Positions 27,721-40,630 of a DNA stretch of 64,000 nt are shown here, piece after piece. The translations under genes and the position numbers were made by a program. Source of the stretch: the human T2T-CHM13v2.0 reference genome, Homo sapiens. The stretch is taken from the NCBI RefSeq assembly GCF_009914755.1, contig NC_060926.1; one strand, 5' to 3'. Under the pieces are notes generated by a model. That model was not told where the DNA came from, made no database searches, and saw only the letters and a program-made list of their open reading frames with translations. How positions within the stretch are numbered: position 1 is the stretch's first letter; each line of letters begins with the position of its first letter.

Positions 27721-28276
27721 ACACCCATGGGAAGGGCTTGACGTCTCCACCACTGGGGGCAGGGGTGCTGGATCAATTCCTCAGCCCGGAGCTGTCCCCA
27801 TGACCCTCTCTGTGGGGGCACAGGTGAGAAGCACATGTCCCCAGGGGCAGGTCACCAGCCAGGCTGTGAGAACACAGCTTTCCCGGGATACTGCAGGTCC
27901 CTAGGGCTGGTTGGAGGAGGCAGAGGGGAGTGTGGGGTGTGTGTCAGGGGGTTGTATGTGGTGCATGGTCAGTCGGGGGGTGTCGGGCAAGCTCTAGGAA
28001 TGGGGCTGGCCAGGAAGGCCATGGATGGGGTCACACTATGGAGAATGCCTGCTGTGTGAGCCCCCACCTGACAGCCAGACGTTCAGTCCCTCAAGGGTAG
28101 GCCTCCTTCTGCCCACCATCCAGCCAAGGATGTCAGCGAGGCCACCTGCCTCACCAGCCTGGCTGAAGCCTCCAGGCTGCAGAGGCAGCTGTGGACATGC
28201 TCCCACTGGGGCACGGCAGCGGGGCCTAGTTCTGGGCCGGGGAGACCTGAGGGACATGGGGCAGAGCCTTGGGTAC

Positions 28277-28484
28277 CTAAGAACTCTAGCAGCTCTGGGC
28301 TGCCTGCCAACTCGGCATCCTTGGAGACACAGCGCAGGATCTCATTGAACACGGCTCTCCTCTCCCGGATGTCAGACTCCCCAACAAACAGGACCTTCCT
28401 GGGTAGTGGGGGGAGGCTGGCTGCTGCATAACGACTGCTCAGTTTCTGGTAAAACTCCTCAATCTCGCTGTACTTTTTGGAGAC
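28277..28484 (-). CDS. HS1BP3: HS1BP3 coding exon 3 (VSKKYSEIEEFYQKL...LPPLPRK...IRERR...LLEFL), PX domain core
   Basis: Acceptor ttccag| and donor G|GTACCC. 208 nt. PX hallmarks: (R/K)(R/K)YSE, PPLP loop, ERR helix, EFL end. Confidence 0.96.
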
Positions 28485-29299
28485 CTGGAATGAGAGGAGC
28501 ATGTGGTTTCCTGAGTGAAGAGTGGCAGGCAGTGCTCCTTTCTCACCCCGACCAGGGGTTCCCAAGGCCCAGCAGCCAAAGGAAGTGTGCCAGGTACGCC
28601 CGTCTGCTGCCCCTCTGCCTGTCTCCCAGCCTCAGGCTCCAGTCCTTAACACGCCTGGCCGATAGCAGATTCAATAAAAACATCTTAGTGGCCCAGAGGA
28701 AAGATGCAATAACGGTGCCATTCTGAACACTGTCACAGGTCCAGTTAACAAGATTTGATACAGGGACCCCTGCCCAGCCTGCACGTGATCAGGGCCACTG
28801 TGTTCATTCCCAGCTTTCTGCATATCAGGAGGGTGATCTCACCGGCTGGCAGGTCATCTTCCTGCAACACCGTGAATCATCTGTTCTCAGCACCAACCTC
28901 ATTCTCCCGTGAACCAGTGTGGCCTTCGGCGGGCCAGCCAATGCAAGCAGTGGAGACAGATATTTCCAAGGCTTGTTCTCTGCCCTGCGTCAGGCAGGAC
29001 CTCTCTGCACGCAGGCACCCGAGTCAAGCAGGCCAGGACTCTTGCTGTCATCAGAAGGCAGCCTTGAGCACCATCTGACTCAGAGAGGGCAGCACTCAGC
29101 TTCCCGTGGGGCCAGCGGCTGACTCCCGCTGCCTCCTTGGCCTCTCCCCACAGCTCCTGGGCAGCTAAGCCTTCACCCCTTCACTCACGGAGCTCTTGCT
29201 GCATGTTCACTCTGTACAGAGACACCCCAGCAGGCTCTCAGTCTCACAGTGGTTTCAGTGCCATCGCCGTGTCTGTAACCATGTGGGTGCTCAGCGAAG

Positions 29300-29417
29300 T
29301 CACCTGCTGTATACACACACCATCGGCCTGGCACCTACCCTCACTCCTAGCTCCTCTATCACCTGCTGTATGCACACACCATCATCCTGGCACCTACCCT
29401 CACTCCTCGCTCCTCTG
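29300..29417. repeat. Tandem duplication, 2 x 59 bp
   Basis: Units 29300-29358 and 29359-29417; 54/59 identical. Confidence 0.92.
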
Positions 29418-30944
29418 TGCTTTCCCCATAGACTGGGCCTGTCTCCCCCGACTGAAGTGTGGGTCACTCACTCTTATGCTCCCAGGCCCGGACTGTGCCC
29501 ACAGTGTGCCACTGGAGTGCTGGCGTGCAGGGGCTGTGGGCATCTGACGCCCTCGGGCTCGGGGAGATCCCTTGGTGCAGGGTGTGTCTGGAACACACAT
29601 CCTTGGCTCCAGCAACACCACCCAGAATGCCCAGCCTGTGAAGGGTCAAGATACCAGGAGGCAGCTGGGGGGGATTTCAGAACCTCCAGTGGGGAGTCAC
29701 CTGGGACAGGTGCTGCTTGCAGTTGTCAGCACAAGAGCCTGGCTCCAGACTTTCCTGAAAACAGCCCTCAGGGAAAGGCACACGGACCCCTTCCCAGAGC
29801 GATTGCTAACACAGGCTCCGACAGCAGCTGTGACTCCAGCCCGGCCCGCAGAGCAGGCCACGGTGGGGGCCAGGCGCCCCCTGCTGGCCCGACTGCTCCA
29901 CTCAGGCTCAGACCACAGACCCAGCATATCCAGGCTCGGGGAACCTCCATCTCCAGGGCACTGGCATCGTGAGTACTCCGGAGCTGTAGGCCTGGGCTCC
30001 CACCCCACCCAGGGCCCACGTCCATCAGGGGTTCAGGCAGGGCTTCTTGGGTGGGCATCTGCACCAGCAACAAGAGGAGGCCAAGTAAGAGACCCTGAGC
30101 AGAGGAAGCTCAAGGTTGAGAACTCACATTTATCTGGTGCCCCCGTGTGCCAGGCACTGCTGAGCACGGGGCAGACAGCCCTGTAACGTTAGTAAGCTTG
30201 TGGGTGTCTGCACTGCTAGCACATCCAAGAGCCTGCACAACCTCCACTGCGGTGCCCCCTCCTGCGGCTGTTTTACTCCATGGTCAGCAAATCAGTACAC
30301 GTTTATATTAAAACACATATGCCCTTTTAAGTAGATACAAAATGCTCATTAATTCTTTGAGTTAATTCATGAAACATCAAAGAGACTTCAGGCTTGGGGG
30401 TATGTAACTTTAGGCTCCATCCTGAGATCCCATGGGGAGTAAAGGAGTTCTTTGCCCTCGCAAGTACTTTCAAATGTCTGACAAGCCCCTGCACGCACAC
30501 ACTCCACGAGGAGTGGGCGTCACTGCCTAGGAAAAAGTGGCACTAGTGTGATTCATGGAGGTGTTAAAACACCCTCATGTACACCTTGCATGTAAGGCCG
30601 GCCCTCTGCACAGAACCAAGTGGGCTGGGCGGCTGAAGCCCAAGCTTCCCAGAATGCTCCCTCCTTCATGCCCCGCAACATCAAGCTCAAATACTCTCCT
30701 CTTCTGCTCCTGTCTCTGAAAATGTGGGTGCATTGAGCTCCAACCTGGATCAAGTCAAATTACCAGGAGCTGCAAAGCACCCTGTAAAGCAGATTCACTC
30801 TCAGAGCAATGCAGGCCCAGAATCACCCCTGACATCACACGTTGCTTCTCACCAAGAGTCGGCCACAGGAGCAATCAAATGAAAAACAGCATTGCTATTC
30901 TAGACGCTTCTCATGACGTTGTTGAATGTCCCTTAAAATTGTGT

Positions 30945-31246
30945 GGCTGGGCGTGGGGGTTCACACCTGTAATCCCAGCACTTTGGGAGGCTGAGGCAGG
31001 AGGATTGCTTAAGCCCAGCTTGAGGAGTTTGAGACCAGCCTGGACAACATAACAAGACACTATGTCTACCAAAAAAATTAAAAAAGAAAAAGCTGGGCAT
31101 GGTGGTGTGTGCCTGTAGTCCTGGATACTTAGGAGGCTGAGGCAGGAGGATTGCTTGAGCCCAGGAGTTCCAGGCTGCACTGAGCTATGATCACACTACT
31201 GCACTCCAGTCTGGGGAACAGAGGGAGATCCTATCTCTTAAAAAAA
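30945..31246 (+). mobile_element. AluJ-type element
   Basis: Dimeric Alu; 'ggaggattgcttgagcccaggag' J-type arms. Confidence 0.93.
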
Positions 31247-31479
31247 GGAAACATTTGTGCTGTAAATTTCTCTTAAAATTTAGTGTCTCTTTCAACAGGT
31301 CACCAGAAAGATGCAACTCATCGTTTCCCTTTTTATCTTGGTTGCCAGGAGACTCCAAGCTAGCCCCGTGTCACTCCCTGCTGTACTTCGGGGTCTAGTT
31401 CATTTCACCTTTGTCCTAATAATCCTGGACCTGTGTCTCTTGGTCTCCAGCTGCAGGTCCTTTTCACAAGAGGCCAAAT

Positions 31480-32510
31480 GGTAAATAATAAGCCAATGAG
31501 TGTGTGATCTCAACCCTCTTGAAATTCTCTCCTCCCTTAGCTCCTCTGACTCCGTAGATACCCACCCAGTTCTCTCCTCTCTGCCTCAACTGCAGACTCC
31601 TCCTTCTCCCCAAGAGTCCCTGAACCCCTGGCATCCTCAGGATTTCCTCCTCAGCCCTTCTCTCTGCCTTCCACTTCTGTTCTCTGGGCAACTTGATCCA
31701 CTCCCAGATTTTTAATATCACCTCCAAGTTGATGACTCCCAAGCCTACATCTCAGGCCTGAGCTCGTCCCGAGCTCCAGCCTCATGTATCCATCCACAGG
31801 GCAGACACTTCACACTCCACATGCCCCCTAGGTCTGCTCCTCCATCATATTCTTTATTTCAGTTGGTGGAAACAGTCAGCAAATGTGGTGCATGTTACCC
31901 AGTAAACATTTTCAACTCTCCCTTTCCCTTCCATACCAAGTGCAACTGGCCTGCTCCAAGCCCTTGATTTGGGAATGACCATATTGGCCATGTATCTGGG
32001 CTCCCTGACACCTGTTTTGTTCCTTCCAATCCAACTCCATGCTCTCAGCAGATTGGCTGGTTAAAGGCAAAAGGGTCCACGTCACTCCCCTGCTTAAAAC
32101 TCTCCTTGGCTGCAGGTTAAGTCCAGGCTCCCGCAGACTCTCCACAATCTGGATCCTGCCTGTCACTCACCTTCATCTTCCCCGCTTCCTCCCAGGACCA
32201 CACTCAACTGTGCAGAGTTCCCACTCAATGTCCTATTTCCAACCTCCGTGCCTTTGCTTAGGATGTGTTGTCTGCCCGGGACACCCTTCTCACCTCTCCT
32301 GCTGAGCCCCATCTGTTCCTCAAAACACAGCTCAGCCACCGCCTCTTCCAAGAAGTTTCCCCAGGGTCAGTTAGGTGCCCCTTCTCTATACCCCCAGAGC
32401 CCCCCAGGTGCTCCTGTCCCCATCTGTATCTGTCTCTTTAGAGGTCTGCCTCTCCACGGACTGAGAGCGTCTGATTCACCCTGTGTCCCTTCTGTCTAGC
32501 ATGGTCTGGT
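31480..32510 (+). mobile_element. L2 fragment
   Basis: 'gatgactcccaa', 'gtcactcccctgcttaaaactc' and an L2-like 3' end near 32440-32510. Bounds approximate. Confidence 0.6.
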
Positions 32511-32644
32511 ACTCCAGGCCCTGAGCAAGCAACAGACAGAGAAGCACTTGCTCTGGATGCTACTTGAACCCTGGTGGGCAGATGTGTCTGCCCGCCCGGA
32601 CCCCGGGCACCCTCGAAACATCCTGGCCAGAGCCTCCGGCTCAC

Positions 32645-32810
32645 CAAGAACTGGACGACATCCTCGGGCCTGTGCTTGGCCGACTTGAACGCAGCCAGAC
32701 GGGTCACCACCAGGATCTGGTACTCCACGTGTCCAGACATCATCTTGCCCCGTACCTCCTGGTGCTGGGGCACAGTCAGGTCGAGGCCAGTGTGGGCATT
32801 CTGAAGTCGC
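32645..32810 (-). CDS. HS1BP3: HS1BP3 coding exon 2 (RRLQNAHTGLDLTVPQHQEV...DVVQFL), start of PX domain
   Basis: Acceptor ggcag| and donor |GTGAG. 166 nt; cumulative 198 nt = 66 codons. PX-like 'HVEYQILV' strand is visible in ORF 32438..32773. Confidence 0.96.
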
Positions 32811-34799
32811 CTGCCAGGGGAAAAGAAGGCAGGTGGGGTTCAGGGTCAAGGCAGTAGGCTTCCCGAGCAAAGTGCAGGCAGGGCCTCTGGGTGCCTGGCA
32901 GGCCTGGGTGCCAGGTGACTCTGCTGGCTGTCCTCAGTGGTCACTGCTCCAGGCCACCCATCCCGCCACACCAGCCCTCATAAGCCTGGCTTCCCAGGCC
33001 TCGAGGCCTCGGACCTGGTCCTGCCTTTGGGTTGCTCAGGGACAAAGGTCTGCTCCCTGCAGGAAAACAGGAAAGGATGGGGCTTGTTGAAAGGGATCGA
33101 CACAAACTCTGTGCAGAATGGGTGGGAGCAGCATCCTAGGGCCTCTACTCAGACCAAGGAACATGCCTGGGGCTGCAGGGACAGCAAGGGATTGAAATCC
33201 CAGCTGGAGACAGGCACCTCTCTTTGGCTAATGGGCAGGAGGGCTGCTACAGGCCCCCTGGGGGGGACACGGGACGAGCACTGGAGGCAGGACCCTTGTG
33301 ACCCACCGTGGCCCAGAGAGGCACTGATAGGCCCGTCCCTCATCTGGGCAGTCGATGCTGCCCCTCGAGGTGTAGAGAGGATGCATCGGCAAAACATCAC
33401 CGCTCTTGGAGATTTGTAAAATGCAATTCGAATATAATGAATTGTATGATGAGCAAAGAAGTGATGAGATGTTTTTCTTGAAGTGGAAAAAGTTATTAAA
33501 TACATCCCTCATCCTACATAAGGTGAGACACAGACCTGTGCAGACTAACATCCCTCACGCAAACACCTCTGGCAGGACACGTGGGGCACCCTCTGAGCAG
33601 CTCTGACCATCGAGGTGAGACCTCCTGTGTGCTGGGCAGGACCCTGAAAACACGGGAGGAGCTTCTGGAGCTTAACCTGTGTCTGGGGCAAGGCCCTTCC
33701 CTCTCTGGAATTATACCCCAATCCATCAAATCCCCCTGCCCCAGCACTCCTCCCACACGGACCCCTCACATCCCACGCTAGGCCACGCTGTCACCAGCAC
33801 AACGCTGCTGTCACCAACTGGTGAGGCCTACAGTGATGCGCCTCCTATGCCATGTGTGACACCCAATGACTGCGTGCTGTACACACAAGGAATATCCTCC
33901 CGCGGCGTAGGGCACCCCAGGCAACCTGCCTTCAGGTGGTGAAAAGTGCAGCAAGGGCCGAATGGGCACTGGGAGGTGCACACGCACAGCCAGCCCTCTG
34001 CCAACGGCACCGAGTTCACGCAGTGTGCACGCGCGGCCTGGTGTCACCCACGGTGTCACTGCCACCAGTGTGGAGGAGGAAGGTGAGGCTGGATGCTGAG
34101 GGGAGACGCGCTGGGCTCTAGGGATGCACCTGTGTGAAGTCACTTCCGCCTCCTGCAACCCTGCGAAGGAGCTCTGCTACCCAGACCCACTTAAAATACA
34201 GGGAAACAGACCCCTAAAGGGAAAGTGCCTGCCCAGGTCTCACCCGGCATGAGGTGGAGCTGCGTTCAATCCCAGGCAGCTGCTCCAGAGCCCAGGTGGC
34301 CTCTTATGGGGCAGGCATGAGAAAGAAGCCAGGCATCATTTCTTTAGGATCATGATGAAAACGAGGCACAGGGGGGTGAAAGTGACAAGAAGGGCAGTGC
34401 CTGAGCTGCGGGGAGGTCCTCTCAGGGGTGGGAAAGGGATGGAGCAGACCCAGATGGGCACCTCCCACGATCCAGCTCCCTCACAGCACCCCACATCCAA
34501 TGGTTCTCTGACCACGCCAGAACCCACAATCCATAACCCCACCCCTTTTCCAGGGTCCCATTCCATTGCTGGAATCCCTCTGCCTTAGGCCCAGCTCCCC
34601 TGACTTCTTACCCAGAGCTGAGCTGGCCTGGTCAAAGCCCACTTCTCCAGTTCTCTGCTTCCTTCACCCTGTGCCCAAGTGGCTCAACGTGACTGGGGAC
34701 AGACATGGTGTAAACATGCAGCCTGGTCCCATTGAAATTCATGGCTGCAGACTTGAAGGCACAGCACCACACCAGGCTTGGCAACCCTACCTTGCCCTA

Positions 34800-35260
34800 G
34801 ATGTGGGGTTCTCAAAGTGTGGTCCCTGGATCAGGATCAGCATCGCCTGGGAACTTGTAAGAAAGGCATGTTCGGGCCTAGGGTGGCCAGCCATCTTGTT
34901 TTCTTAGTAAGCCCTCCGACGAGTCTGATGCACCTGGGCCTACTCCATCACCCTCCCACTTCCCTGAACCCATAGGAAAACTTTCTCTACAGGGTCAGAT
35001 AGCAAATATTTCAGGCTGTGTAGGGTATCTGGTCTCTGCTGCAGCTGCTACGGAGAGTACATAAACAAATGGGGGTGTGGTGGGCAGGATGTGCCCTAGA
35101 CCAAGCTTCTCCAACTGTAATGTGCGTGCAACCCCCTGGGGATCCTGTTAATATGCAGATTCTGGTTCTGCAGGCCCCGGGGTGTGCCCTCACCATCTCT
35201 AGCAAATTCCCAAGTGATGTGGACACTGCTGTGTACTGCTCCAGAGACCATCGGAGAACA
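34800..35260. mobile_element. Cluster of MER5-like (~34800-34940, ~35100-35260) and MER58-like (~34975-35080) DNA transposon relics
   Basis: 'ttctcaaagtgtggtccc...cagcatcgcctgggaacttgtaagaaa', 'ctggggatcctgttaatatgcagattctg' and 'agggtcagatagcaaatatttcaggct'. Confidence 0.65.
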
Positions 35261-35539
35261 TCCTAGGCTTCGCTGTCACATCTGCCCATCAGCCTGCAGC
35301 TGCTCCCTGATAGCTGCCCTCTCCTGGGACTGTAGACAAACTGGCTGGCTGCTCCTAAGGCCAACCTTCTACCAGGGCAGCGGCTCCGAGGCCCTCCCAC
35401 CTACTGAAGGACATAGCTGCTGCAGCTCACCCCTCTTTTTCGCACCATCGATTTTCCTTCCTTACTGGCCCACGCTTATTAGCATGCAACCATGCTCTGA
35501 CCACTCATGTAACAAAAGCTGTGCTTTGACCCGACATTC

Positions 35540-36930
35540 CCCTTGCTCCGTTTCCCTCCTGCCCTTTCCAGCAGAACTCCTCAACAGAGGGCCCCATATT
35601 CATGGGTTCCTCTCCTCCTGTTTGATCTTGAACCCTTTCCAGCCAGACTTTGGTCCTCATCATGCAACAAACTGCCCACGCCCAGGTCATCTGCGACCTC
35701 CATGTGGTTAAATCCAAAGGTGAATCCTCATTTCTCCTCTGGTCTGACTTGTCAGCAGCAGTGGGCACAGTCAGCCACTCCCCTCCTTCAAGCTCTGCCT
35801 TCACTGGTGGCTGGAGCACCCCCTCACTCTTGGTTCTTCTCTGCCCACCCTGGCCACTCTTGCTCAAACAGGAGGAGAGGAACTGCTTTGGATGGTTCCC
35901 CTTGATAGCATCCAGAGCACCCTCCTTCTTCCTCTCACTGTACCCCTCCCCAGGTGATCTCATCCAGGCTCCAGGCTTTAAATACCATTTCCGAGCCAAT
36001 GGCTCCCCAACTCCCATCTTTAGCTCACTCTCCCCTCACAGCCAGCCTCCTTCCAGCTGCAGCTGCCTGACATCCCCACTGGGCTGTCAACGAGCTTCTC
36101 AAAACTCACCTGTCTACACAAATGCTGCTTCTACCTCTCCCCAAGCCTGCTAAAGGGCAGCCTCATTCTTCCAGCAGCTTAGGCTGAGAGACTTGCCGTT
36201 AGTCTTAACTTCTCTTCTTGTTCTCACACCCCATATCCAAGCATCAGCAAACCTGAAAGCTCAATCTTCAAAATATATCGAGAACCCAAACATTTCTCAC
36301 CCTCACGGCCGCCATCACCCCGGGCCAAGCCACCACCGGCTCTACATGGAAACCTACAAGCCTGTCCTGAATGCTCAGCTCGGCCACTGCCCATGCTCAG
36401 CATAGCAGCCAAAGGATCTCTATAAACCAGAAGTTGGGCCCTATTGCACTTGAAATTAAATCTGATGGCCCCTCCACAGCCTTCTCGGCCTTTCCTGATC
36501 ATCCTTCACTCCCAAGCTTGCCTCTTCACCGCATCACCTAACACTCTCCCTGGGCTCACTCCACTCCAGCATACCAGCCTCGGGACCCTGGCTCCTGCTG
36601 TCCTGTCCTCCCAGTACACACTTTTCCAAGATTTCTTTTTCATGGCTCTCTCCCTCATGGAGCTTGTCCGGGATCTGTCCAGGCGCCACTCCATCAGAAA
36701 GATGCCTCTTTACCACACCATAGAAAACAGCATGCATGCCTCCTACCACTCTGTTGCCCCCACTGTTTTGTTTTCCTTCATAGCATGTATCATCCCTGAC
36801 ATGTCGTAGATTTGCCCACTGGGCCTGTGCCCTCATTAAAGCTCTACGAGAGGGACTTGTTTGTCTCCTAGAACTAGGGCCAGTACCCGGTACAGAGAAG
36901 GCTCTCGATAAACACCTTCTGGCTGAATTC
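35540..36930 (+). mobile_element. L2 element with fossil reverse-transcriptase motifs and 3' end
   Basis: Translations QPDFGPHH, DLSAAVGTVSH and GDLIQAPGFKYHFRANG match degenerate QxGFRPxH, DLSAAFDTVDH and YHLYADD RT motifs. L2-like tail at ~36840-36928. Confidence 0.8.
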
Positions 36931-38059
36931 AAGCTTGAGTGCATGTGGCAATGACATGTGGGAGGAGATCGGGCTGGAAAGAGGAGCTGGGGTGCGACTG
37001 GGAAGGGCCGGCCTTGCTGCTGGGCTAAGGCGTTTGGACTCACCCTGCAGGCAAGATCCTTGGGTGTGCTGGTGCCCTCAGCAAGAAATGAGCCTGACTC
37101 ATGTGGCCTTACCACCGCCAGCGCCCCCACATCTGTTAACAAGCCACGTCCAGGCTGTGCAGCGGGGCAGGGAGGGAAGCCACCCACCCCATCCCAAGCA
37201 CCCAGCACCAAAGTCACACCCCATCCATCTGCACATGGCTGAGGGGCATATACTACTGACGTTGCTCATGCCTGCCAATCTGAAACCTCCAATTCACAGA
37301 AAAGGAAACTGAGGCTTGGTGAGAGGAGGTGACGTAAGTGGCAGTAGGGAAACCTCTTCTGCCCATGAAGATACAACTGTAACCACACTTGATCATGAAA
37401 GACCAAGCAGCCTCCGACATCAGGGTTTACAAAAGGAATCATACCTTTCTAGACCTGAAGTCACGGGGAATTCCTGATTACAACTGGAAGATCAACAGTT
37501 GGCTGGGTAACACGTTCATTTATGTCATAAATTGGCATCTTAGCCTAAGACTTTGTGTAGGGAGAGCAAGGGTGAAGTGTATGAAAATATTTGAAGTAAA
37601 TCACTTTACAGCGTTTTAAAGGCGGAAAGAAGTAAAAGCACGTGCCTCCCAGCCTTGCCAGGATCCACCTTGGGCTGGGTCCTCCAGGTCTCGATCAGGG
37701 CCGACCCATTCTGCATCCTCCGCCTGGACCCCTCCAAGGCTTTTGCTGTAACTTGCGCTCTCCTGAGCTGCCTCGCAAGCAGCAACGACCTCTCCCTGGT
37801 CTCTCATCAAACTCATCCTCCCAGAAACCGGGTTCCTGCCCTGTACTGTGTTCCCATGGCAACCTGAGCTTACTACCCGCTGCTGGCATCACCCCCTCTC
37901 CGCTGCAGCCCCCTGCAGGGCGAGCTTGTCTGATTCGCCTCTGTCCCCAGTGCCCAGCACCGGGCCTGGGACTCAGGGAGCTCCGAAAGGATGGGGAACT
38001 AGATTTTCGGGCTCAAAAGAGAAGAACCCAAGGCGGTAGGAAAGGAGAGCAGAGTCCCC

Positions 38060-38720
38060 ACTGCGCCCGCCTGCACTGAACCAGTCAGTCCCAGGGCTCC
38101 CGCTGTCCTTGGCTAGTTCTCTACCCTCCAGAGGGCCTCGGTTTCCTCATCTGTAAATCGGGGTCGCCACCTCTCCTGCAGGGCGGTGCAGGGGCCCAGC
38201 CCGGATAAGCCACCGAGGGCGCTGGGGAGACCTGCACCAGGTCCCTGGCCTAGGAGGCGGCGGCCTCCCCCCGCCTCTCCGCCCGGGCGCCCCGGACTGC
38301 GAGCTGTGCGGTGTGGGGCGCGGGGGTCTGGCTCACCTGGAGGTGACGAGCACCGCCGGGGACTGCATGACGGCGGCGGGGACTCCGGGCGGGGCGCGCA
38401 GTCACGGGACCCGGCAGTGCCCGCGTCACCGCGTCCCCGCCCTGCCTCCCGCTGCCCTGGCCTGCCCCCTGGTGGCAGCGGCCGCGCAGTTCGCGCCTGT
38501 GGCCAGAGGCGGGGCGGAAGCGCGGCTGGGCGGGTCCCGCACGGTCGCCGTCGGCCTGCGCTGCTCGGAGCTTCCGGAGCACCCAGGCTGAGCCGCGCCC
38601 GCCGCAACCACCTAGAAGAAGCCCAGCCTGGCCCTGGCACACGGTGAACCTTAATCGGTGTGTCTGTTTTGCGCTAAAGTTTAGCCGTTAGAGAGACGGG
38701 ACTCTGCTGTTTCCGCCGCC
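38060..38720 (-). promoter_or_regulatory. HS1BP3: CpG-island promoter of HS1BP3 with GC box/ETS (GGGGCGGAAG, 38511-38520) and CTCF motif (38462-38475)
   Basis: High CpG density around exon 1. Motifs read directly from the sequence; island bounds are approximate. Confidence 0.85.
38337..38368 (-). CDS. HS1BP3: HS1BP3 coding exon 1 (MQSPAVLVTS + 2 nt)
   Basis: ATG at 38368-38366 inside a CpG island. Donor AG|GTGAGC at 38336. 32 nt; phase joins exon 2. Confidence 0.95.
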
Positions 38721-39819
38721 AGTCCCCATTACAAAACCACTCCCCCTCTGCCCCAAGACCATTTCATTCAACCGATCGGTCAACAAATATTTACCAAGCT
38801 GGGGCTCTGTCCAGGCTTCGTGGGGTCTTCTTCAAGCTGCACAGTGAACGCCACGCAGCAGCCCAGTCCCCTTGAGCTTGCTGCCTCCAGCTAGCTCGCC
38901 TATCTGGTTCCTACTGCCTGCCCGCTCCATAAATGGCAGGCACTCTCCCGACAGGGGATCTTTAGAGAGGCAGCCTCTGCTGCTTGGCAGAGCCCTGGTG
39001 GAGGCCTCCCGGGGCCGGGCCTGCCTGGGATGGCTGCACTTGGGTCCCCAGCTGGAGCAGGGCAACGGGGTCCAGGAGCCAGTTCCCCTCAGAAGGGGAA
39101 CGTACAGACATGCAGACCCTAACAGACCCACTCATTTTAGATTCACCTCTCCTTGGGGTGAGGAACAGAGAGATCGTATCACCTGCCAACGTAGCCCAGG
39201 GAAAGAAAAGCTGAGTCTGCAAACAGGGCCAGCAGAAGGTGCAAACTGCTGCCCCTGTTCTGTTACTCCCTCCACCCAGAGCCCCAGTGACAAAAAGAAA
39301 GAGAAGCTGGGCTTAACTATACCAGAATTCACGGCAGGGCGATGTCAGCCATGTTTCCTGAGCCTATCAACCACCGCCACCAGCATCACCAACAATATCT
39401 ACCAGTTTTTACAGATTTTAGTGAAGAAATCCTACAGTAAAAGATTTTGAAAAATGACTTTCCCCAATGTATCTCTTGAATAAATACGGACATTGATATG
39501 CCTTATTATTTGTCTCAGATTTGTTTATAGGCAAGATGAGCAATCATGAATGAAGTATGACAATGAATGAAAGTTCTGAGGGAGACCCTTGAAGGCTGCA
39601 GTGAAGAGCTGGGATGATGGCGGGAACCCCTGTCTGCTCTGCTGCTCATCGGCCTGTCCGTCTGCAGGGCCGTGTTCATGGCTGCAAATGGTCCTCCGTG
39701 TTTTGTTTAAATTGGCATGCCCTACTTTAGAGAAAGGGAGTTCAGGGTCTGGACAGAAAGCAGTATAGGCTTCAGCATTCCAGGAGTCTGAGTGTAGTGC
39801 CAGGCAGTCGAGCAGTCAC

Positions 39820-40630
39820 CATTGCACTCACATTTATCCAACAGACAGAAACACAGTGAATAAGACACTTTAGATGCCTTCAGTGGACTTCTTTGCCCTC
39901 CTACATGGGGAGTGGGTGGGGGTCTGGAAAGGCTTTCTAAAGGAGCTGAAGTCCAAGGGAAAACCTGAAGAAATATGGATAGAATAGATTAGAAGGAATG
40001 TCACGTGCAAAGCCCTAGCGACAGGATAGGAACACCAGGGAACAGGGGGAAGAGGCCAGCAGGAGCCAGGGTGTGGACAGCCTAGTGCACCAAGGCCAGG
40101 GCTTTGCCTGATCCTGAGGCCAACACAGCGCCATCAGAGGGTCAGGGACATAGGAGTGGCTGGGCCAGCTAGGGCGTGGGCAGGGTTTTGGAGCATGTTG
40201 AAGGTATGAAGATGAGCTGGACTGCAGAACAATCCAGACAAGAGACAATGGTCCCATGAACTAGGGTGATGGCCACCCAGGTGGAGAAGAGGGGACGGGT
40301 AAGAGGGCCTTAGGAGAAGGAGTTGGTCAAGACTTGGGAATCCAATGGGTGTGGGCGGGAAGAGATAAGATACCACTATGGTTTGGCTCTTGTGAGTGGC
40401 TGGACATTGGTATCATTCTCTGTGGCAGGGCACCTGGAGAAGGAGCATATTTTTGGTAGGATGATGGGTTCTGTTTCAGACAGGCAGTGTTTGAAGGGCT
40501 GGACCTATTGATGCGATTGGGTTTATGGCCCTGGGCCTCAGGAAGCCGACCTGGGCTGGAGACTGACATAGGAGTCATGGGTAAAAAGGAGGCTGTTGAG
40601 CCTGAGAGTTGGGGTGAGCCCACCAAGGAT
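39820..40630 (-). mobile_element. L2 fragment
   Basis: Antisense L2-like motifs ('ggaaaggctttctaaaggag', 'aatccagacaagagacaatggt'). Bounds approximate. Confidence 0.5.

Noticed and set aside
25950-28490. AG|GT at the starts of exons 3 and 4 as recursive splice sites
   Set aside because: AG|GT is simply the favoured acceptor consensus, and the following bases are poor donors.
24430-30186. Several 200-260-aa + strand ORFs (24430, 25271, 29196, 29572)
   Set aside because: They are antisense to HS1BP3 in GC-rich DNA, mostly with non-ATG starts and no family motifs.
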